Source: Alkalilimnicola ehrlichii MLHE-1 (GTDB lineage Bacteria; Pseudomonadota; Gammaproteobacteria; Nitrococcales; Halorhodospiraceae). Taken from it: a DNA stretch of 32,000 bases. The stretch is from the NCBI RefSeq assembly GCF_000014785.1, contig NC_008340.1, positions 3,150,001-3,182,000 of the forward strand, read 5' to 3'. The notes under the pieces are model-generated. The model did no database searches, was not told the origin of the DNA, and was given only the letters and a program-made list of their open reading frames with translations. Positions 9,301-17,351 of this stretch are shown here, piece after piece (the first letter of the stretch is position 1; every line of letters starts with the position of its first letter). Made by a program: the position numbers and the translations under genes.

Positions 9301-11149
9301 CATCCGCCTGGTGGCGGCCTTCGACCACCGCCACATCTTCATCGACCCCGACCCCGATGCCGAAACCGGCTACGCGGAACGGGAGCGCCTGTTCCGCCTG
9401 CCCCGCTCCTCCTGGGCGGACTACGACAAGGCCCTCATCTCCGAGGGTGGCGGGGTATGGCCGCGCAGCGCCAAATCCATCCCCCTGACTCCGCAGGTCC
9501 GCCAGGTGCTGCAGATCGATGCCCAGCAGCTCACCCCAGCGGAGCTGATCCGCGCCATTCTCGCCGCCCCCCTGGACCTGCTCTGGAACGGCGGCATCGG
9601 CACCTATGTGAAGGCCAGCGCCGAGAGCCACACCGATGTGGGCGACCGCAGCACCGAGGACACCCGCATCGATGCCAGCGAGCTGCGGGTCAAGGTCTTC
9701 GGCGAAGGCGGCAACCTGGGGATCACCCAGCGCGGCCGCATCGAGTTCGCGCGCCGCGGCGGGCATATCAACACCGACGCCATCGACAACTCCGGTGGTG
9801 TCGACTGCTCCGACCACGAGGTCAACATCAAGATCCTGCTCAAGGAGGTGGTGGACGACGGCGACCTCACCGTCAAGCACCGCAACCAGTTGCTCGAGGA
9901 CATGACCGAATCGGTGGCCGAGTTGGTGCTGGCGGACAACTACGCCCAGACCGGCGCCCTGTCACTGGCGGAAGCCGCCGCCCCGGAGTTGCTCAACGAG
10001 CAGGTCCGCTTCATCCGCCGGCTGGAGCGGGACGGTCGGCTGAACCGCCGACTGGAGGCACTACCCGACGAGGAAGAGCTGGCCGAGCGGGCCGCCGCCG
10101 CACAGGGCCTTACCCGGCCGGAGACAGCGGTGCTGCTGGCCTACGGCAAGATCGTCGCCCAGGAGGCCCTGGCCCACTCCGATCTGCCGGAGGAGGCCTG
10201 GCTGCAGGACGTGTTGCACGCCTACTTCCCCGCCCCGATCCGTGAACGCTGGGGTGACCGGATCGCCAGCCACCGGCTGCGCCGGGAGATCATCGCCACC
10301 CAGGTGGCCAACCTGTTGATCAACCGCCTGGGGCCCACCTTTTTCTTCCGCATGGGGGAGAAGGCCAGCGCCCCCGCCGACGCCGTGACCCGGGCGGCCT
10401 ACGCGGCGATGGAGGTCTTCGCCCTGGACGGTCTGTGGCGGGCGGTCTGCGCCCTGGACACCCGGGTGGCGGCCAGCCACCAGCGGACGATGCTCAGCAC
10501 CGTGCAGGCACTGCATGAGCGGGCCACGCTCTGGCTGCTGCGCAACCTGGGCACGCGACTGGACATCGGCGAGACCGTCCAGCGCATGCAACCCCAGGTG
10601 GCCAACCTGCAGCCCCGGCTGCTGGCCCTGCTACCAATACAGGACCGCGAGGAGCTGGAGGGCCGTGCCGGGACCCTGGCGTCCGGGGACGTCCCCGCGG
10701 AACTAGCGCGCCAGGCGGGCACCCTGGAGGCGCTCTACCCCGCGCTGGACCTGGTCAAGGTGGCCCAGGAGACGGACTGCGACCTGGAGCGGGTGGCCGC
10801 ACTCTACTTCGGCCTGGCCCAGCAGCTGGGGCTGGATTGGCTACGCCGTGCCATCACCAGCTTCGTCCCGGCCGACGCCTGGCAGGAGCGGCTACGCCTG
10901 GGCCTGGAAGAGGACTACTACCAGCATCTGCGCGAGCTGACCCGCGACCTGGTGCGCGACAGCGACCCGGCGGCCGCACCAGAGGAGTGTCTGTCGCAGT
11001 TCCTCAGCGACTTCGGCCCGGCGGTGGACCGGGTCGAGCAGCTGCTCTCGGAGCTGCGCTCGGTGGGCCACGTGGAGCTGCCGATGCTGGCGGTGACCAC
11101 CCAGGAGCTGAAGAACCTGGCCCAGGCCGGGGCGGCCTCCGGGCCTTGA
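6314..11149 (+). CDS. NAD-dependent glutamate dehydrogenase, large (about 180 kDa) type
   Basis: About 1611 aa; [138 protein letters not shown]. ATG at 6314 is preceded by GGGAGG at 6301-6306; ORF-track start at 6299 is TTG. Confidence 0.96.
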   Translation: [1611 protein letters not shown]

Positions 11150-11182
11150 TGCGCCCCGTGCACCGGCACCCGCCCCGGTCAC

Positions 11183-12343
11183 TCAAACGCAGTGTGCGGC
11201 CATCAGCGGCACTCGCATCTCCGCGCCGCTGGTGCCGCCATGCACCCCGATCTGGGAGAATGGCTCATCGCCGCTGAGCCGCTGGTGGATCACCCGGTTG
11301 TCACGCATCACCAGCACATAGTCGCCCAACCGCCCCGACAGCCGGGGGTGGGCCGGGCCAGGCCCCAGCCACCCCGCCTGCAGCAATTCCCCAGGGGTGT
11401 GGACATCACACCAGCCCGCAAGCGGCCCCTGCACGTAGTTGAGGAAGTCCTCCTCCCGCCCCGGGCGGACATAGCAATAGGCGGCCCGGGGCTCACCGCA
11501 GATGGGCAGCGCCAGGGTCTCCTCCAGCGCGGGATGGTCGGCCACCTCCAGCACCCCGTCCGGGGTGATGTCGATAAGCCCGTGGTCGGCGGTGACCAAC
11601 AACAGGGTGTCGGTGCCGGCCAGCTCCCGGCGCAGCTCGTCGAAGGCGGCGTCCAGGGCGGCGAAGTGGGCCTGGACCTCGGTGCTGGCCATCCCGTATT
11701 GGTGGGCCAGGCTGTCCAGGCGGGGCCAATAGGCATAGATGTACTGGCGCCCGCCCGCCGACTGCACCAGCCCCGCCACCGTGTCGACATAGTCCGCCAG
11801 GTCCGCCACCCCGTGCCGCCAGGCCAGCCCCCCGGTGGCCAGGTTGTAGGTGGAGTCGGCGATCTCCGCCGGCATCACCAGGTGGGTCTCAGCGTCGAGC
11901 AGATTGGCCAGCGGCGGCTGCTCCAGCACCCGCACGGCGTCCGGATCCACCTCGGCGATGGACTCACGGGTGACCCGGTCGCGGAAGGGCAGTATGGTGC
12001 AGACCCGGCCCAGCTCCTCCAGGTACATGTGCCAGCCGGTGACCCCGTGCTGGCGCGGGGTCAAGCCGGTGGCAAAGCTGGTCACGGCGATGGCGGTGGC
12101 GGAGGGGAAGACCGAGGTGAGTTCGCCCAGCAGGTGTTGGCGCAGCAAGGCATCGCGATGCCCGGCCAGATACTCATAGCCCAGCCCGTCCAGCATCAGC
12201 AAAACCACGTGGCGGGCCCGGCCGATCTGATGCGCCGGCAGCAGTCGCGCCTCCGGGATGCCAATCCGCGGCGCCCCCAGGCCCCGGCTGATGCTGGCCA
12301 TCAGATTGACGATGCTGCCGCCGCGATAATCGGGCAAGATCAT
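11183..12343 (-). CDS. Alkaline phosphatase superfamily protein (nucleotide pyrophosphatase/phosphodiesterase-like)
   Basis: ARHVVLLMLDGLGYEYLAGH, TSVFPSATAIAVTSFATGLTPRQHGVTGWHMYLEELG, YIYAYWPRLDSLAHQYG, TLLLVTADHGLID: metal-binding and nucleophile motifs of the superfamily. Start may be 12394 or the internal ATG at 12343. Confidence 0.85.
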   Translation of the reverse strand: MILPDYRGGSIVNLMASISRGLGAPRIGIPEARLLPAHQIGRARHVVLLMLDGLGYEYLAGHRDALLRQHLLGELTSVFPSATAIAVTSFATGLTPRQHGVTGWHMYLEELGRVCTILPFRDRVTRESIAEVDPDAVRVLEQPPLANLLDAETHLVMPAEIADSTYNLATGGLAWRHGVADLADYVDTVAGLVQSAGGRQYIYAYWPRLDSLAHQYGMASTEVQAHFAALDAAFDELRRELAGTDTLLLVTADHGLIDITPDGVLEVADHPALEETLALPICGEPRAAYCYVRPGREEDFLNYVQGPLAGWCDVHTPGELLQAGWLGPGPAHPRLSGRLGDYVLVMRDNRVIHQRLSGDEPFSQIGVHGGTSGAEMRVPLMAAHCV

Positions 12344-12415
12344 ACCTTCATCCCCTTCTGCCGCCACGGTGCCTACAGTGGCAGTATGTGACACATTCCG
12401 GTATCCACTGAATTT

Positions 12416-13201
12416 ATGACTGAAATACTCAGACTAAACAAGACGGAACGCGGTGACGGCCCGCCGCTGCTGATCCTGCACGGCCTCTACGGCTCCAGCG
12501 CCAACTGGTCCCGGCACGCCCGCTGGCTGGCCGAGCGCCACCGGGTCATTCTGCCGGACCTGCGCAACCACGGTCGCTCACCCCACCACCCACGGATGGA
12601 CTATCCGGCCATGGCCGCCGATCTGGTCCAGCTGCTGGACGACTGCGGCTGCGCACAGGCACTGGTGATGGGCCACAGCATGGGCGGCAAGGCCGCCATG
12701 GCCCTGGCCCTGGAGCATCCGGAGCGCGTCTCCGGGCTGGTGGTTGCCGATATCGCCCCGGTCGACTACGGCACCGAGGACCACGGCCACGACGGTATAC
12801 TGGCCGCCATGGCCGGGGTGGACCTGGACGGCATCAGCCACCGTGAGCAGGTGGATACCGCCCTGGCTGAAGCGGTGGACAGCCCCATGGTGCGCCAGTT
12901 CCTGCTCACCAACCTGCAGCGGGGCGAGCAGGGCTGGGAGTGGCGCATCCCGGTGGCGATCCTGCGCCAGGCGCTGCCCACCCTGATGGGGTTCCCCGAC
13001 TATGACGGCCAGTACGCCGGACCGGCGCTGTTTATCCACGGCGAGCGCTCGGGCTACGTGCAGGCGGCACAGACGGACGCCATCCGCCGTCTCTTCCCGC
13101 ACGCCGAGATCACCGCCGTGGCCGGGGCCGGCCACTGGCTGCACGTGGAGCAACCGGAGCGCTTCGCCGAGGCCCTGGACGCCTGGCTGCGCCGACGCTG
13201 A
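12416..13201 (+). CDS. Alpha/beta hydrolase (YbfF-like esterase)
   Basis: PPLLILHGLYGSSANWSRHARWLAERHRVILPDLRNHGRSPHHPRMDYPAMAADL, ALVMGHSMGGKAAMALALEHPERV (nucleophile elbow GHSMGG), GAGHWLHVEQPERF (catalytic His). Confidence 0.92.
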   Translation: MTEILRLNKTERGDGPPLLILHGLYGSSANWSRHARWLAERHRVILPDLRNHGRSPHHPRMDYPAMAADLVQLLDDCGCAQALVMGHSMGGKAAMALALEHPERVSGLVVADIAPVDYGTEDHGHDGILAAMAGVDLDGISHREQVDTALAEAVDSPMVRQFLLTNLQRGEQGWEWRIPVAILRQALPTLMGFPDYDGQYAGPALFIHGERSGYVQAAQTDAIRRLFPHAEITAVAGAGHWLHVEQPERFAEALDAWLRRR

Positions 13202-13217
13202 CCGGCGGGCGCCGGTC
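13200..13217. other. Small GC-rich hairpin at the stop codon of the alpha/beta hydrolase gene
   Basis: GACCGGC-GGGC-GCCGGTC, 7-bp perfect stem; no T-tract follows. Confidence 0.4.
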
Positions 13218-13273
13218 CGTACTCCGCAACCTGACGCTCACCCTCCGAGATCCGACAGGAACACCCGAAACCG

Positions 13274-14050
13274 ATGAAACTCGCATCCTGGAACGTCAAC
13301 TCACTGAAAGTCCGGCTGCCCCAGGTTCTCGATTGGCTGGAGAGCCGCCAGCCCGACCTGGTCGGCCTGCAGGAGACGAAACTGACCGATGAACGCTTCC
13401 CCGCCGAGGCCCTGAACGAGGCCGGCTACCAGGTGGCCTACGCCGGCCAGCCGACCTACAACGGGGTGGCCGTGCTCGCCCGCGGCCGGGCGCCGGAGGC
13501 CGTGATCCGCGACATCCCCGGTCTGGATGACCCGCAGCGCCGGGTCCTGGGCGTCACCGTGGGTGACCTGCGGTTCATCAATCTCTATGTCCCGAACGGT
13601 TCCGAGGTGGGCTCGGAGAAGTACGCCTACAAGCTCGACTGGCTGGCCCGGCTGGCCGACTGGCTGGCCGAGGAACGCCGCCGCCACGACAAGCTGGTGG
13701 TGGTCGGCGACTTCAACATCGCGCCCGACGACCGCGATGTGCACGACCCGGAGCTCTGGCGCGAGAAGGTCCTCTGCTCCACCCCAGAGCGTGAGGCCCT
13801 GCGCCGGCTCACCGGCGAGCTCGGGCTGACCGACACCTTCCGGTTGTTCGATCAGCCGGAGAAGGTCTGGTCCTGGTGGGACTACCGGATGAACAACTTC
13901 AAGCGCAATCGGGGCCTGCGCATCGACCTGGTGCTCGCCAGCCCGGCCCTGTACCAGGCCTGTACCTCCAGCTATGTGGATCGCGAGCCCCGCACCTGGG
14001 AGCGGCCGTCGGACCATGCCCCGGCGGTGGCCGAGTTCAACCTGGACTGA
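13274..14050 (+). CDS. xthA: Exodeoxyribonuclease III family AP endonuclease
   Basis: [111 protein letters not shown]. Confidence 0.95.
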   Translation: MKLASWNVNSLKVRLPQVLDWLESRQPDLVGLQETKLTDERFPAEALNEAGYQVAYAGQPTYNGVAVLARGRAPEAVIRDIPGLDDPQRRVLGVTVGDLRFINLYVPNGSEVGSEKYAYKLDWLARLADWLAEERRRHDKLVVVGDFNIAPDDRDVHDPELWREKVLCSTPEREALRRLTGELGLTDTFRLFDQPEKVWSWWDYRMNNFKRNRGLRIDLVLASPALYQACTSSYVDREPRTWERPSDHAPAVAEFNLD

Positions 14051-14056
14051 CGCCCC

Positions 14057-14800
14057 ATGCTGCGTACCCTGCTCAAAGGCCTGATCATCCTCTGGTGGCA
14101 GAAGTACTGGCTGCTGGGGACCGTGGCCGTGGTGCTGGGGGGCACCGGGGCCTACCACCTGATCAGTCAACCGGTCTACGAGAGCCAGGCGGTCATCAAC
14201 ACCGGGCTGCCGCCCGAGCTGAATGATTACGCCGAGGAAACCGACGCGCTGATCCAGCGTTTCCTGATCGCCGAGGGCCTGGAGGACGACCCCGCCCTGC
14301 ACCGCCTGGAGGCCGGCGATGGGCGCGTGCGGCTGTGGGTCCGGGCCGGTGCACCCGACGAGGCGGCGGTGCTCGCTGAGGACCTGGCGAGGGGATTGCT
14401 GCGCGCGTTCCGGGGCCACCACCACGGGCAACGCACCCGGCTGGAGGAGGACCTGGAGAGCCTGGACCGCCGCATCAGCGACCTGCGCAGCAGCCTGCGC
14501 CGGCTCTCCGCCGAACGCCCGGAGGAGGCCGACAACCTCTACCTGGCCACCCGCGCCCTGGTGGAGGACAGCGGTCAGGCACGGCTGGGCCGACTGCAAG
14601 CGGAGCGGGAGGCGCTGGCCGGGCAATTGGCCCGCCTGGAGCAACCCGGCCCCGGCCTGCTACGGGCGCCGGAGCCGCCGCGCCGGCCCAGCCAGCCGGA
14701 CTATGCGCAGCTCTGGCGGGTGGCCGGCACGCTGGCGGCGGTGCTGGGCCTGCTCAGCGTGGTGCTGGCCCAGCAACGGACCAACCGCCAGCAACACTGA
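14057..14800 (+). CDS. Hypothetical membrane protein with Wzz/GumC-like topology (N- and C-terminal TM, central coiled coil)
   Basis: N-terminal WLLGTVAVVLGGTGAYHLISQPVYESQAVI, central RLEEDLESLDRRISDLRSSLRRLSAE...RLGRLQAEREALAGQLARLEQ, C-terminal LWRVAGTLAAVLGLLSVVLAQQ. Confidence 0.7.
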   Translation: MLRTLLKGLIILWWQKYWLLGTVAVVLGGTGAYHLISQPVYESQAVINTGLPPELNDYAEETDALIQRFLIAEGLEDDPALHRLEAGDGRVRLWVRAGAPDEAAVLAEDLARGLLRAFRGHHHGQRTRLEEDLESLDRRISDLRSSLRRLSAERPEEADNLYLATRALVEDSGQARLGRLQAEREALAGQLARLEQPGPGLLRAPEPPRRPSQPDYAQLWRVAGTLAAVLGLLSVVLAQQRTNRQQH

Positions 14801-14803
14801 GCC

Positions 14804-14821
14804 GGCGGGCCGGGGCCCGCC
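14804..14821. terminator. Possible transcription-end hairpin between convergent genes
   Basis: GGCGGGC-CGGG-GCCCGCC 7-bp stem in the 26-bp gap between convergent stops (14800 / 14827); no U-tract on either strand. Confidence 0.4.
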
Positions 14822-14826
14822 CCCGG

Positions 14827-17232
14827 TCAATCACCCTCCTCGTCGTAGTCCTCCCACTGCTTCGGGTTGGTCCGGGCCTCCCTCGGGTCCACCTCCGGCC
14901 TGTCGGGCCCCTCGTCCTGAGGCCTGTCGGCCCCCTCGCCCTGCGGCCGGGCGGAACCCTGGGCGGCGGCCGACGGCACCCCGCCGGCCGCCGCCAGCCC
15001 CCCCAGCAGCTTGACGTTGGCATTGACCGGCGGCGCGGCACCCTCCTTGTCCTCGCCGAAATAGAGCGTCAGATGGGGGAAGGGGATCTCGATGCCGGCG
15101 GCATCCAGATGGCGCTTCACCAGCCGGTTGTAGGCACGGCCCACCGCCCATTGCGCCCCACCCACGGTCTTGATGCGCACGCGGATGTTGATGGAGCTAT
15201 CGGCCAGTGCGGTGACCCCATGCACCTCCAGCTCCGGTTCCAGGATATTCGGGCCGTGATCCGGATCCTCCAGCAGTTCGGCGAAGGCCGCCCGCAGGTG
15301 GCTGATAGTCTCATCGATGTCCTCGCGGTAGGCCACACCGTAGACGCCCACGTGATAGGCGTACTCCCGGTTGAAGTTGGAGACGCTGTCCACCGAGGAA
15401 AAGGGCACGATGTGGAAGGTCCCGGAGAGGTCCCGGATACCCACCGAACGGATGGTCAGCGTCTCCGCCGTGCCGGTGATGCCGGCGGCGGTAACCACGT
15501 CACCGGTGTTGATCGCATTCTCCAGTTGGATGAACACCCCGGTGATGATGTCCTGCACCAGCTTCTGTGCGCCGAAGCCGATGGCCAGGCCCAGCACACC
15601 GGCGCCGGCGATCAACGGGCCGATGTTGATACCGATCTCCGCCAGCACGATCATCAGCGTGATGGTGAGCAGCGCCACCGCGATGGCATTGCGGAAGATG
15701 GTGAGCAGGGTGCGCTCCCGCGCGCCCGGCTCGCCGACCCCGGTCTGCGGGTTCAGCCGGTGCTCGATCCAGCTGGCCACGGCGATCCACAGCAGCACGG
15801 ATGCCGCCAGGATGATCGCCACGGTCACTGCCTTGAGCACCACCGCCCCGCCGGTATCCGACGCCAGCCAGGCGGTGAAGTTGAACACCGCCCAGGCGTC
15901 CAACACCATCGCCAGTACCACGAGGAGGATGGCGGCCCGCACCACCTTCAGCGAACTCGGCACGAAGGCATTGAGACGCGACTCCAGCAGCGGGAAACGC
16001 TCCCGGGTCTCGGCCGGCACCCGCACCCCGCGGCTGATCAGTTGGGTCAACACCACCGAGATCAACACCCCCACGCCGACCACCAGCAGGGTCTGCAGCG
16101 TCGCCTGGGCCATGAAAGGCAACGCGTCCTCCGGATGGGTGATGGTGACGATGGCGAGCGCCGCGAAGTAGGCGATGGCGAGCAGGTGCCAGAGCTCGGC
16201 CAGGGTGGAGAGCAGCACCTTAGTGAAACCCAGCTCCGCCCGGCGGGCCTGGGCCTGCACCCGATCATGCACCTGCTTGCGGTTCTGCAGGATGATCACC
16301 AGGGCATTGATGAAGGCGGCGAACATCACCAGGAGCCCCACGGCGCGGCCGATGCCCGGAGAGACGGCGATATTGACGATGGGCACCACCACCAGCATGC
16401 CGTAACCGATGAAGCCGGCCAGGCGCGCCAGCCAGGCGTTCCAGTAGGCCGCGTCCTCGGCGGCGATGGGCAGCAGGCGCAGGGCGTCGTTGCGTGCCGC
16501 GAACACCACCCGCAGCAGCGCCTTGAACACCTCCACCAGCAGGAAAGCGTTGAGGAACAGGGAGTGGCGGGTGTCCATAACCCCGGCGTCGCCGAACACG
16601 AACAGCGACAGGCTGTAGCCCGCCACCCAGGCCACCAGGATCACCAGCAGGTCGATGGCCGCCGCCACCACGATGGCCACGGCCCGCCAGAGCATGCCCA
16701 CCAGGCTGACGAAGCGCGACCCGGCCTGGCGCTGATATTGCTCCGCCTCTTGTTTCGCGGCCCAGGCGCTGATCCAGTCAAACAACGGCCGGGCCAGGCG
16801 GCGCATCAGCAGGAACGCCGCCACCGTGGCGACAATGAGCAGGAGCAGGTCCAGCAGCCCCTCGCCCAGTTGCGACAGCGCCGGCCCCAGGCCCTCATCG
16901 GCGATCCCGGCAAAGGCCTGGCCGGCCCCGCGGAACTCCGCCACGGCGCTCTGGGCAAAGCCCTGGGTCAGCTCGGCTACCTGCCGGGCCAGGGAGATTG
17001 GCGCCGGCACATCCGCCTCCGGGGCCTCCTCGCGGGCGGTATCCAGGCCCCGCAGTTCCTCAATAAGGCGGGCGCGCGCCTCGTCATCCTCAAGGATCTC
17101 GGCCAGCCGCGCACTCGGTGACTCCCCCGGCTCACTGGCAGGCGCAGGATGGACCACCAATAGCAGAGACAACAGCAGGCCGAAGAGCAGCGGCCAAGAG
17201 AACATATGGCGGCACAGGGGGATTCGAGTCAC
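14827..17232 (-). CDS. MscS-family mechanosensitive ion channel, large form (about 800 aa)
   Basis: Signal-like N-terminus MFSWPLLFGLLLSLLLVVHPAPA, multiple TM segments, VLGLAIGFGAQKLVQDIITGVFIQLENAINTGDVVTAAGITGTAETLTIRSVGIRDLSGTFHIVPFSSVDSVSNF is the canonical MscS beta domain. Start may be 17232 or 17205. Confidence 0.94.
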   Translation of the reverse strand: MTRIPLCRHMFSWPLLFGLLLSLLLVVHPAPASEPGESPSARLAEILEDDEARARLIEELRGLDTAREEAPEADVPAPISLARQVAELTQGFAQSAVAEFRGAGQAFAGIADEGLGPALSQLGEGLLDLLLLIVATVAAFLLMRRLARPLFDWISAWAAKQEAEQYQRQAGSRFVSLVGMLWRAVAIVVAAAIDLLVILVAWVAGYSLSLFVFGDAGVMDTRHSLFLNAFLLVEVFKALLRVVFAARNDALRLLPIAAEDAAYWNAWLARLAGFIGYGMLVVVPIVNIAVSPGIGRAVGLLVMFAAFINALVIILQNRKQVHDRVQAQARRAELGFTKVLLSTLAELWHLLAIAYFAALAIVTITHPEDALPFMAQATLQTLLVVGVGVLISVVLTQLISRGVRVPAETRERFPLLESRLNAFVPSSLKVVRAAILLVVLAMVLDAWAVFNFTAWLASDTGGAVVLKAVTVAIILAASVLLWIAVASWIEHRLNPQTGVGEPGARERTLLTIFRNAIAVALLTITLMIVLAEIGINIGPLIAGAGVLGLAIGFGAQKLVQDIITGVFIQLENAINTGDVVTAAGITGTAETLTIRSVGIRDLSGTFHIVPFSSVDSVSNFNREYAYHVGVYGVAYREDIDETISHLRAAFAELLEDPDHGPNILEPELEVHGVTALADSSINIRVRIKTVGGAQWAVGRAYNRLVKRHLDAAGIEIPFPHLTLYFGEDKEGAAPPVNANVKLLGGLAAAGGVPSAAAQGSARPQGEGADRPQDEGPDRPEVDPREARTNPKQWEDYDEEGD

Positions 17233-17262
17233 GGGCCACTCCGCATTGTTGTTGGAGATTCG

Positions 17263-17286
17263 GGGCGGCGCGGAAGCGCGCCGCCC
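17263..17286 (-). terminator. Perfect 10-bp GC hairpin downstream of the malonyl-CoA decarboxylase gene; candidate terminator or structured element
   Basis: GGGCGGCGCG-GAAG-CGCGCCGCCC at 17263-17286; lies in the gap between the decarboxylase stop (17352) and the mscS-like start. No strong T-tract. Confidence 0.5.
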
Positions 17287-17351
17287 GGAGCCACTCCGTG
17301 AAGGCTATGGGCTTTCCGGTGAATCCGCAACGATGGCCGCGCCCGCGGGCC

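Noticed and set aside
11192-12391. 399-aa plus-strand ORF
   Set aside because: Antisense to the alkaline-phosphatase-superfamily gene; repetitive Gln/Gly/Val composition.
13301-14644. 447-aa minus-strand ORF spanning the xthA-like and Wzz-like genes
   Set aside because: Spans two well-supported plus-strand genes on the opposite strand; no domain-like sequence.
15073-17121. 682-aa plus-strand ORF opposite the MscS-family gene
   Set aside because: Antisense shadow ORF typical of high-GC DNA; composition is His/Gln/Arg-rich with no recognisable domain while the opposite strand encodes clear MscS motifs.
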